Below, piece after piece: positions 51,082-61,490 of a DNA stretch of 64,000 nucleotides. Location of the stretch: NCBI RefSeq assembly GCF_001194135.2, contig NC_068990.1:65187479-65251478 (forward strand), written 5' to 3'. The DNA is from Octopus bimaculoides (Eukaryota). The position numbers were made by a program, and so were the translations under genes. The notes beneath the pieces are model-generated. The model was given only the letters and a program-made list of their open reading frames with translations, made no database searches and was not told where the DNA came from. How positions within the stretch are numbered: position 1 is the first letter of the stretch; each line of letters starts with the position of its first letter.

Positions 51082-52239
51082 CCACGAATATAAACAGACA
51101 TGCGTAAAGTCATGTAAACAGAAATCAATATTTGAGTGGGAACATATTGAAAATACGGGAAAGAATAACAAAAAAAAAACAAAAACAGTCTAACAGGTGT
51201 AAAAAAATACTACTATAACTCGGAATATAACGATAAATATGAATGAATATGAATCTAAGGTTTGCTACGTGGAGAGGGGTGGGCGGCTATTATATGAGGG
51301 ATGAAAATTACGTACATGAGTTTTGCTGCAGCCCCTACAACTAAGGTCAAGCGGTAATGTGTCAAATTGTGTCGCTTCTACAGGTGAAACTAGCAGTCGG
51401 AGCTAAATTAATGTGACCCAATATTACGTGTATGTTTAAAAATGTAGTGGCAGCGGGGAGCTGGAAAAGTGCTAGTAAAAGAAAAGATGTTATCCAAAAC
51501 TTGGTTCTCTTATCATAAGCAGCTCTTTCATACATTTGTATACTATAATTGTTTCTAATTTAGGCACAAGAACAAGCAGTTTTGATACCATCGACACCAG
51601 TATTAGATTAGTATTTTGCTTCATCGACCTAAGAGGGTTGAAAGGCAAAATTTACTTCGGCGGAAAATGAACTCTGAAAGACAAATGTTCACAAGGCATT
51701 TCTTTCACGCAAGGAATATTTCTAAAATTAAAGAACTAAAACAAAATTACATGCATGAATACATATTATTACGAATGTTAGAATTAGCTTGTTGATTTGG
51801 TATTGTTTAAATAATAAGGTAAATAACAAGATTTGCCAGTTTAATCACCGATTTCAGACAATGTGGTGGTGAGTAGACTTTGAATTACCATTAATACCCA
51901 AGTCTGTCGTTTGTTTTATATCACATATAATAGTCGACTTTGAATTTTCAAAAATAGCAGATCGACATTTCACTTACAGAGCGTTATCATGCACATGTAA
52001 GTCAAGTCGAGGAAATATGTTTTGCTAATACTATATTTTCATTTTTACTGCATCTTTCAAGTTGAAGATCATTAAACGAGCTCTAGCCAGAGTAGATACC
52101 CTAAACTCTGGAACAAGTGGGATTGTCCAGAGATGATAGGAAGAGACTCGCTGGACTCACCTTTGTCTTTGGACTCGAAGCCCACGCCACAGTTAGCTAC
52201 TCATTTGCTCTGTCATTCATTATTAATGCTGTGGTGAAG
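51082..52239. promoter_or_regulatory. Probable divergent promoter / first-exon region of the two head-to-head ZNF genes
   Basis: Minus-strand donor GG|GTAAGT at 51082 and plus-strand donor AG|GTAAGG at 52239 face outward toward the acceptors at 49769 and 57917; locally more CpG. Inferred, no transcript data. Confidence 0.5.
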
Positions 52240-52989
52240 GTAAGGAATCACTGTTTTCGTAGCAGAACGAAATAAGAAACAGAAATAGTGGAATCTGTCG
52301 GAAAATTACATTTTTTTACTTGTAGCTTTTGAAACATTAGGAGGAGCTGGACCGCGAATAGGGAAGTTTCTGGCCTCATAAGTGTCCCAACTCACCAAAG
52401 TATCTGATAACGCTCAGGAGGGCACTTGGCTGCACCAGCGAATCAACTTCGCTTTTATCGCGGTTATGCCTTGTTTTTTTTCTTTCTTTGTGGTGGCAAC
52501 CAGTGTTCTTAGCATGATATATAATTGAGTGTACATTCCTCTGTTTTGATTATTTATATACAGATTGCCTTTATTTATTTTTTGTTGTTTTTTTTTACAG
52601 TCCTATTATCTACACGTACCATTGCAGATTTAAAGTAAATTTATGTCAACTTACTATTATCAACTGTAAACAGTAAATCAGTGTTGTACCTTTTCAACAA
52701 GCTATCAAAATAATGATCTCGTTATTAAATTGAAGTTTGAAAGGATTTTATCAACTTCCTTCCACTTCGTCATTAGTGTAGCTCTCAGCATCTTTCTTAC
52801 ATCATTAGCCATATTTTCGTATCTTGTTATACAGCAAAAGTAGAGTTGATTTTAATGTCTTAGCCGCAGTTTTCATAACACACACAAACACACATTTGTA
52901 TACACACACACACACACATACATACTGAACAATCACATACATAGTTTGAAATTATCATCACGCTATTATTATGAGACATGATACTGTAG

Positions 52990-53665
52990 CTAGGACATTC
53001 TATAATGAAGTCCGTCAGAAGGATAACTCCGAGGACAAAGAAAAAAGAACCCACAGTATGGAAGAAGCCATAGTCACTCGTAATAAAAAGGAGTACTGGT
53101 GGAATGTCCCAGTGAAGACAAGCACAACAGGCCTGATATAATGATTTGGGATAGAGAAGAGAAACTGTGTGCAGTTGTGGAAATCAGCTGCCCAGCAGAT
53201 GTTAACATAAACTGAAGATCAGTGGAAAAGAGAATACCTATGCTGAACTATTGAGAAATCTGCAGTTATTCTATCCAGATTACAAGTTCAGGTTTATACC
53301 AGTAATTATTGGGGCTCTGGGATATGTAACACACTGCCTAAATATCATTCTTGAGAAATTAAGCTTCTGAAAATCTGAAAGGAGAAAACTAATTTGAAGA
53401 CTACAGATCCACTCCATCACTGGAACTGTAAAAATTTGTAAAACTTTCCAGAAGTTTATCATTTAAATATATATATGAGCATGTCTAGATATGCAACTAT
53501 AAGCATAACAATACATGCATAAAGCAAAACATAGAAATCTGCACATATACATACACACAAACAAAAATACTTTGTTGATGTTGAAATTGCAATAAAGGAG
53601 CCTTGGATCTAGGTTAGAAACCGACATTTTATTGGCAAGAAATCTTGAAATAAAACTGAACAATC
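52990..53665 (+). mobile_element. 5'-truncated non-LTR retrotransposon with restriction-like endonuclease (R4/Dong-like)
   Basis: WWNVPVKTS..HNRPDIMIWDREEKLCAVVEISCPADVN..KENTYAEL..IPVIIGALG is the RLE PD-(D/E)xK C-terminus of early-branching LINEs; followed by a 3' UTR. Confidence 0.8.
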
Positions 53666-54603
53666 ACATACATGCATGCATGCATCCATGCATGCATGCA
53701 TATATACATAGATACATTACTACCACAACCAAATTTTTGAGCAAGTTTATACTTTTGTTCCGTTACACACACACATACATAGTTTTTGTAGCGAAACAAC
53801 GGCTAAAGATATAAAGACAGTTTCACATGACCAGATACGAATCTATGGCCAAAGATGTGGTAAGCAACAACAACGTTGATGTATAAAGTTGACAAAGATC
53901 TTTAAAAGGTCAATTTAATAACGGGGTCATTTCTTTGGTAGTTTGTTGAAAAGGTACCACACACTGATGTACTATTTACATCTGATAACGGTATGTTGTA
54001 TTATATTTACTTCAAGTCTATGCTAATGTGCGTAAATAATAGAGCAGTAAGAAAATAGCGAAAAAGGAAATCAATAAATAGATTAAGATTCTCCGTTAAT
54101 GTATCATGCATGCTAATAGGCTTAAGACTGTGTTCAAACTTGTGGTTATCAGGATTGAGGAATAAGCATTCTCTTATTTATATTTCATGGTTATTCTCTT
54201 CTAAAAGCTTTTGAGACATTACTGCAGGCGATGCGAGGCGAGCATCATTAGATACTTCAGTTGAGTGGGAGGCTGATGAAATCAAAAACTTCCCTTTCAG
54301 TATTCCTGACCCCGACGCCAAACGTCAATGTTGAGTGGATATTTACTCACGTTGAAACTCGTTTAATTATTTTTTACTTCAAATATGATGTAATTATATA
54401 GACGTGGAAAAATATATTTCCACATCCTGATTTTAATCTACTGAACTGAAATGTCTATCTGTTCTGTAATTTGTACACGTCGAAGCTCATAACTTGACTT
54501 CTTAATACTCTATAACAGGGGTTCTCACCCATATTTTATCTATGGACCCCATTGATTACTATTTTATTCTGATGGACCTCCATTACAATTCGATGTTTAA
54601 AAA

Positions 54604-55731
54604 CTAGTTCCTCCTGCAACTCTTCTGGACAGTCTCCTTTTCGAAGTTGATGAATACTGCCATAATTCTTGCCTTCAGTTCGTCTTTGATGTTACAAGGA
54701 GTTTTGTTGGTCTCTCGCTCAACTGCGCCCCACACATAATAATCAAGGGGGTTGCAGTCTGGAGAGTTAGGTGGCCAAATGTTAAGTGTGATGTGGTCAT
54801 AGAAATTGTCTGACAGCCATGACTGGGTTCTCCTGCTTGTGTGACATGGTGCAGAGTCCTGTTGCCAGACATAGAGTCTTCCAGTAGCCACCTTCTTGAA
54901 CCAGGGCAGCGCTACCTCCTCCAGGCACTTGATGTAGGCCTCCGTGTTGAGTCTGAGGTCGTGTGTGAAGATGAATGGAGACATAATGTCACCATCACTA
55001 GTGATCACTCCTAACATCATGATGTTGACTGGATGTTTGATTTTTATCACTCTTGGTACATGTTCTGAGGAAATGGTAAGCCAACAGTTGTTCTGTGTGT
55101 TCACAATCTGATTCTAGCAGAAATTTTTCTCGTCTGAGAAAAACCAAAGTATGTTTAGTTGGAGGGGATGCTTGAGTTTGTTCAAAAGCTTCGTAGCACG
55201 GTCTTTCCTCTTGTTCTTGATAGCTTGAGATAAAAATTGGCCCTTTTTCAACTTGTATGAGGAATGCCGAATGTATTCATACACTACCTGTCTGATAAGA
55301 AACTTAGGCACTCCCATGTCCTGGGCAATGGAACTGATTGATTTGGAAGGATTGTTGTCAATTATGGCCTGGATCTCACCAACAAATTCAGGAGTTCTTT
55401 TCTTATCAGAACGATCAGAGTAAATTTTCTGAGCTGCTGTGCCTTTGTAATCACCATTAGACTCTTCAGAAATTTTCCGAATTCTCTGCACTGTCCTCAG
55501 ATTGACACCCAAACACTTAGAAATGTTTGTATTGGAGCTTCCAGTGCAAATGCCAAGCAGTACAGCATGTCGTTTCCAAATTTCTGGCAGAGTGAATTGC
55601 AGCATGGTGTTTTACTCATAGATGGTACCCAACTGACCCTACTACACTGTAGGCAACAAAATCAAAAACAAACAATGTGCAAGTCCAAAATAAAAAATAT
55701 AAAATGGCGACAATTTTCCCATCGCACCCTG
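54604..55731 (-). mobile_element. maT (DD37D) Tc1/mariner element, 3'-truncated
   Basis: TIR TA|CAGGGTGCGATGGGAAAATTGTCGCC at 55731. FFSDEKNF, QQDSAPCH and WPPNSPDCNPLD with 37-residue spacing; the two ORFs are in frame and separated by one TAG at 55114-55116. Confidence 0.92.
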
Positions 55732-55735
55732 TATA

Positions 55736-56575
55736 TCATCATCATCATCATCGTTTAACATCCACTTTCCATGCTAGCATGGATTGGACGATTTGACTGA
55801 GGACTGGTGAACCAGAAGGCTACATCAGGCTCCAATCTGATTTGGCAGAGTTTCTACAGCTGGATGCCCTTCCTAATGCCAACCACTCCGAGAGTGTAGT
55901 GGGTGCTTTTATGTGCCACCGGCACGAAGGCCAGTCAGGCGGTCCTGGCAATGGCCACGCTCAAAATGGTGTATTTTCCGTGCCACCTGNNNNNNNNNNN
56001 NNNNNNNNNNNNNNNNNNNNNNNNNNNNNNNNNNNNNNNNNNNNNNNNNNNNNNNNNNNNNNNNNNNNNNNNNNNNNNNNNNNNNNNNNNNNNNNNNNNN
56101 NNNNNNNNNNNNNNTGAAGGAGACGATGTTGGCATGGGTGCCAGTCGTCGAGTTTAGTTCGATTTCCATTTCACTTGCCTCAACAGGTCTTCGCAAGCGG
56201 AGTTTAGTGTCCAATGAAGGAAAGGTACGCATAAGTGGGCTGGTTACACTCCTGGCAGAGGCCTTGGATTTAGGTCTCACTTGGCTTGCTGGGTCTTCTC
56301 ACGCACAGCATATTTCCAAAGGTCTCGGTCGGAAGTCATCACCTCGGTGAGGCCCAATGTTTGAAGGTCGTGCCTCACCACCTCATCCCGGGTCTTCTTG
56401 GGCCTACCTCTTCCACAGGTTTCCCTCAACTGCTAGGGTTTGGCACTTTTTCACACAGCTATCTTCATCCATTCTCGCCATGTGACCATACCAGCACAAT
56501 CGTTTCTCTTGCACACCACAACTGATGCTTCTTAGGTTCAACTTTTCTCTCAAGGTACTTACACTCTGTCTAGTA
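55736..56575 (-). mobile_element. RTE-type LINE 3' portion spanning a gap
   Basis: LREKLNLRSISCGVQEKRLCWYGHMARMDEDSCVKKC...GRGRPKKT (RTE RT C-terminus), tandem-unit 3' UTR and (gat)n tail. Confidence 0.9.
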
Positions 56576-57399
56576 TATATGTATATATTTATGTGTGTTT
56601 GTCTTTATATCTGTGTTTGTTCTCCCATTACTGCTTAACAACTGGTGTTGGTGTGTTTATGTCCCTATAACTTAACGGTTCGGCAAAGGAATCTAATGGA
56701 ATAAGTACTAGGTTTAAGAAATATACCCAAGGGCTGATTTGTTCAACTCAAAACAAAACCCATCAAGGCAGTGCTCCAGCATGGTCGCAGTCAAATGACT
56801 GAAACAAGTGTAAGAATACAAGTAAAATGTATTCCCACCTTTTTTCTATTCTTTACATTGACATGTTTTTTTGTTATTTTTTTTTTAGTAATTTTTTTTA
56901 GTTCATGTCTGGGTCTTCTAGTTCAACTACAAGTCTTTCAAATTTCATTTTCAATGTTTGTAGTTTCAGGGATGGTGCAAGTGTGTGTGATTGTGTGGGC
57001 ATCTGTATTTTGTTTATATCCATGACATCTCTCACATACTCTCGTAATCTTATCCTGAGCACTTATAACAAATTTCATCAATAGCTCTTGTGAGAGTATT
57101 GATAATATGTCTTCTTCACTTGCTACATTTAGAAGTATTTTCCTAGTTTGTCAAATTACCACATTGGTAATTTCCATGCCAGCATGGAAAACGAGCATTA
57201 AATGATGGTGATATTTGTTAACTGTAATGAATGTAATAATAAATAAATTTCATTGTTAAAATTTAATTACTGTCAGTCATTTCATTTTACCAAGCTCTCT
57301 GATCCTACTATACCACTTCATGACTTCCAATATCTCAAAAGTTATTTGTTCAGTTTTTGCTTCAGTTATTATTGACGCAGACAATGAAATATATTTTCA

Positions 57400-57830
57400 T
57401 TTACCAACTCTATATTGTACCAACCCCCAGCCAGCAATGTGATACTTCTCTGAATCTCCCACTGTTCATTGGCTCTTTCAATCTTGTGGACTGGATATGT
57501 TTGGGTGATGAAAGTTGAGAGACGCGTGAGTGGAGGTTGTATAAGATCAGCCAGTTCCATGTAACTTAAATAGTAGAAAAGCAGAGAAGAGACAGCTTGT
57601 TTGTGGCTCAGAGGAAGGAGTGTGTTTGTGAGTAACTCTACGCCCATCTTCCAGTCAGACATTGCTGTTGTATTTAGCTGCTGTATTACTGTCCCAAATA
57701 TGGGTGCAGTACTCCACTGTGGCTCTTACTGGAGCCTTGTAGAAGGTCATTAGTTCATGAGAGCTGGAGTATTTTTTGATCCTGAAGTAAAAGACCAGTC
57801 TTTGAGATGTAATTATTGCTATCTTTATTT
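57400..57830 (-). mobile_element. Decayed CR1/Jockey-group LINE RT C-terminal fragment
   Basis: LMTFYKAPVRATVEYCTHIW followed by LLPLSHKQAVSSLLFYY matches the CR1-type LYK..IRP.LEYC..IW...L.PLSHRR.VASL.LFY pattern. Confidence 0.7.
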
Positions 57831-58267
57831 ATATAGAAATGTAGTAAAATTTGCACTATTGAATCTTGACTTTTTATATAACTTGCTTATCTTATAGAGT
57901 TTTTCTTTTATTTCAGAATATCTCGTGGACTTTGAATATAAATCTGTGGAGGAATTACTGTGAATTATTTCCTCTGAGCTGTGATTGTTATCAATATTTT
58001 ATTTGCTATTTGAAATCTGTACAGGATGATTTTGCATTCTAATTAAACTTCAAAATTGCAAAAGAGTTTGCAGCTTCTTCAGATATTCACAGGTATCACA
58101 GGTGATGGAAATATAATAGCAAAAATATTTGATAAGAAAGAAAAGTAGAAAAACAGTATTTTGTGACTTATTGTAGCTTTTGAGAGAAGAAAATAAGATT
58201 AAAAAGATAAAAGAACAAGATTAAATATAAAACACAGTCTAAAGCAATTAATTTTCCTGATGATATA

Positions 58268-59554
58268 ATGAAAAAGGAAGGAAAAATTTCATACCACTGT
58301 GATATTTGTAACAAGCCATTCTCTCAAATAAAGAACTTAACTAGACACAAATACATTCATACAGGAAAGAAATCATATCATTGTGATATCTGTGGTGTAT
58401 CATTCTTTGAAAAAGGTAATCTCACTATTCACAAGCGTATTCATACCGGAGAAAAACCGTATCAGTGTGATATCTGTGGTAAATCATTCTCTCAAGTGAA
58501 TCATTTAACTAATCACAAACGTATTCATACAGGAGAGAAACCATATAACTGTGATAAAGCATTCTCTCATGGTATTACCTTAACTACTCACAAGCGCATT
58601 CATACAAGAGAGAAGTCATATCAGTGTGATATCTGTGGTAAATCATTCTCTGAAAATTGTCACTTAATTAAACACAAACGTACTCATACAGGAGAGAAAC
58701 CATATCACTGTGATATTTGTAGCAAATTATTCTCTCAGACTGGTCACTTAACTACTCACAAGCGCATTCATACAGGAGAGAAGCCATATCACTGTGATAT
58801 CTGTGGTAAATCTTTTTCTCAAAATGATCACTTAACTAATCACATACGTATTCATACAGGAGAGAAACCATATACTTGTGACATTTGTGATAAATCATTC
58901 TCTCGTTCTGGTGATTTAACTACTCACAAACGAATTCATACAGGGGAGAAGCCATATCACTGTGATATCTGTGGTAAATCATTCTCTAAAGGATGTAACT
59001 TAAATAAGCACAAACGTATTCATACAGGAGAGAAGCCATATCACTGTAATATCTGTGGTAAATCATTCTCTGAAATAGGCCACTTAACGTCTCACAAACG
59101 TAGTCATACAGGAGAGAAACCGCATCACTGTGATACCTGTGGTAAATCATTCTCTGAATTAAGTCACTTAACTACTCATAAGCGTATTCATACAGGAGAG
59201 AAGCCATATCACTGTGATATCTGTGGTAAATCATTCTCTAGAAGTATTAATTTGAATACACACAAACGTATTCATACTGGGGAGAAACCATATCACTGTG
59301 ATATCTGTGGTACATCATTCTCTGAAAAAGGCCACTTAAATACTCACAAACGTATTCATACAGGAGAGAAACCATATCACTGTCATTTTTGTGATAAATC
59401 ATTCACACATGGAAACACTTTAACTATACACAAGCGTATTCATACAGGAGAAAAACCATATCAATGTGATATCTGTAATAGATCATTTTCCCATAAAAGT
59501 CACCTAACTAAACATGTATGTATTCAGAAGAGTGACTGTATCTGTGTCAGTTAA
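58268..59554 (+). CDS. C2H2 zinc-finger protein, 428 aa, 15 repeats (13 canonical)
   Basis: Intact ORF; repeat 4 lacks 3 codons including one Cys (YNCDKAF) and repeat 15 lacks the second His (HVCIQ). Confidence 0.95.
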   Translation: MKKEGKISYHCDICNKPFSQIKNLTRHKYIHTGKKSYHCDICGVSFFEKGNLTIHKRIHTGEKPYQCDICGKSFSQVNHLTNHKRIHTGEKPYNCDKAFSHGITLTTHKRIHTREKSYQCDICGKSFSENCHLIKHKRTHTGEKPYHCDICSKLFSQTGHLTTHKRIHTGEKPYHCDICGKSFSQNDHLTNHIRIHTGEKPYTCDICDKSFSRSGDLTTHKRIHTGEKPYHCDICGKSFSKGCNLNKHKRIHTGEKPYHCNICGKSFSEIGHLTSHKRSHTGEKPHHCDTCGKSFSELSHLTTHKRIHTGEKPYHCDICGKSFSRSINLNTHKRIHTGEKPYHCDICGTSFSEKGHLNTHKRIHTGEKPYHCHFCDKSFTHGNTLTIHKRIHTGEKPYQCDICNRSFSHKSHLTKHVCIQKSDCICVS

Positions 59555-60169
59555 ATTACAAAAAAAAAAAAAAAAGAGAAGAATTTTGTATTCTTGCAAA
59601 ACTTTTTAATTCATGCGTAAATTCAGCTGGGGTTGTACATTTAAAATTTCACTTAAAATGTACATTTTTATGTCAATCTAAAACTTTACTATAAATGAAT
59701 AATAGAAATGTAAATATATTTGGAAGACTGTGTTTTTTGCATTGAAACATAAACTTTGTTAAAGGTTTATAATGTACTTCATATCTAATATGGTGAAATA
59801 AATGTAATTTAGATTAAAAAGTAATATTAATCTGGCTGTGTAGTTAAGAAGATTACTTCCCAATCACTTTGTTGTGGATTCAGTCCCACTGCATGACTCC
59901 TGAGCCAATTAAAGCCTTATGAATGAATTTAGTAGACAGAAACTGAAAGAAACCCATCATGTGTGTGTGTGTGTACATCTAATGACAATGTAGTAGGCAT
60001 TTATAGTAAGTGTTCCAATTGGTTTACCTTTAAAACTCCAACTTGAACTGCGACTAAAACTAAAATGGTGTTGTAGCTACCTAATAATGAATGACTATAA
60101 GTGGTTCATTGAGTGGATAGGTGTATATTAGAAAGAAAGTAGAACCAGCAAAATATGTATCACTTTAGA

Positions 60170-60742
60170 GCATGGAATCTATAACATAGAACATCTCATG
60201 GATGTTCCATCAGTTTGTTGTAGATATCTATGCCAAGATGGAGTCTGAAAGGTTGCGTTTCATTTGCCATAATCAAAAAAAGCTAAGGTCAGAGAATTAT
60301 ATCCACCTTCGGGATGGCATAATCAATGACGTCGCGCCTGAAGATATTGGACAGGTCTGCATTTTACCATCTACATTTACCGGGGGGTCCACGGTATATG
60401 CATGAGAGAATGCAAGATGCCATGATGTTTGTACGTCATTCTGGTCGCCCTGATTTATTCATAACCTTTACTTGCAACCCCTAGTGGATTGAAATTGAAC
60501 TATTAAATGGTCAGAAGCCCACTGATAGGCATGATCTTCTTGCATGAGTTTTTCGGTTGAAGCTACAGAAACTCATAGATTTGATCAAGAGAGGACAGAT
60601 ATTCGGGAGTGTTAAATGCGACATGTATACTGTCGAGTGGCAAAAAAGAGGTCTTCCACACGCCCATATTCTCTTATAGTTGTCCTCAAAAATCAATTCA
60701 AACAATATAGACAGCCTGATATCAGCAGAACTGCCTGATCTC
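60170..60742 (+). mobile_element. Helitron Rep-domain fragment
   Basis: FHQFVVDIYAKMESERL, ILPSTFTGG, PDLFITFTCNP and VEWQKRGLPHAHIL (HUH motif); stops and a frameshift. Confidence 0.92.
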
Positions 60743-60749
60743 AACATGG

Positions 60750-61490
60750 TATAATTGTTGTAAATGAGTGTCATCATAATACAAACACTGTCTTTTGCTT
60801 GCAATCCTCCATGAAAATATGTCCAACCATAGGGAAATATTACCTTACTTAGAAATTTGTAAAAGTTGGTGACAGGAAGGGAATCTGGCCATAGAAAATC
60901 TACCTCAACAAATTCTGTCCAACACATGGAAAAGTAGACATTAAATGATGATGTATTCACGCAAGAAAGAAGACAACATTGTAAAACTATATTGTGTATA
61001 ATCATTGTTACGTCTATAGTGGTGAAATAACTTGTCAATGTAATATTTTAAATAAAACATTCATTCAAACTACTTGTAAATTCCATTAATGTATTTTTCC
61101 CAGGTGATAGAAAAGATATTAATTCAGCATTGTGGTTAAATCGTTGAGAACTGTATTCTTGTATACTAATAATAACATCACTACACAATTATGTTAGAAA
61201 TCATCATCAACATTTAACATCCTTTCCCATACTGGCAGGGGTTGGACAGCTTGACAGGATCTGGCAAGGCCAGGGGCCACACCAGGTTCCATAGTTTGTT
61301 TTGTCTTGGTTCCTACAGCTTGATGCCCATACTAATGCCTACCATTTCACAGAGTTTACTGGGTGCTTTTTACATGGCACCAGCACCAGGGCTTTTTATA
61401 TGACACCAGCACCCACATCGTTGCTTTTTATGTGACACCTTGGTTTTAGGATCTCAATTCTGTTGTGGTGGATGGGTCTTTTTGAGTACA
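60750..61490. mobile_element. Decayed SINE/LINE copies with the RTE-type tail (60750-60955 +, 61200-61490 -); more at ~23070, 25990, 27290, 37720, 46670 and 63160
   Basis: Variants of aggaagggcatccagctgtagaaac...catggaaa..gacgttaaatgatgatg. Confidence 0.65.

Noticed and set aside
54225-54350. CpG-rich, exon-like stretch (SLDTSVEWEADEIKNFPFSIPDPDAKRQC)
   Set aside because: Short, with no recognisable family and no matching donor; cannot be supported as a feature.
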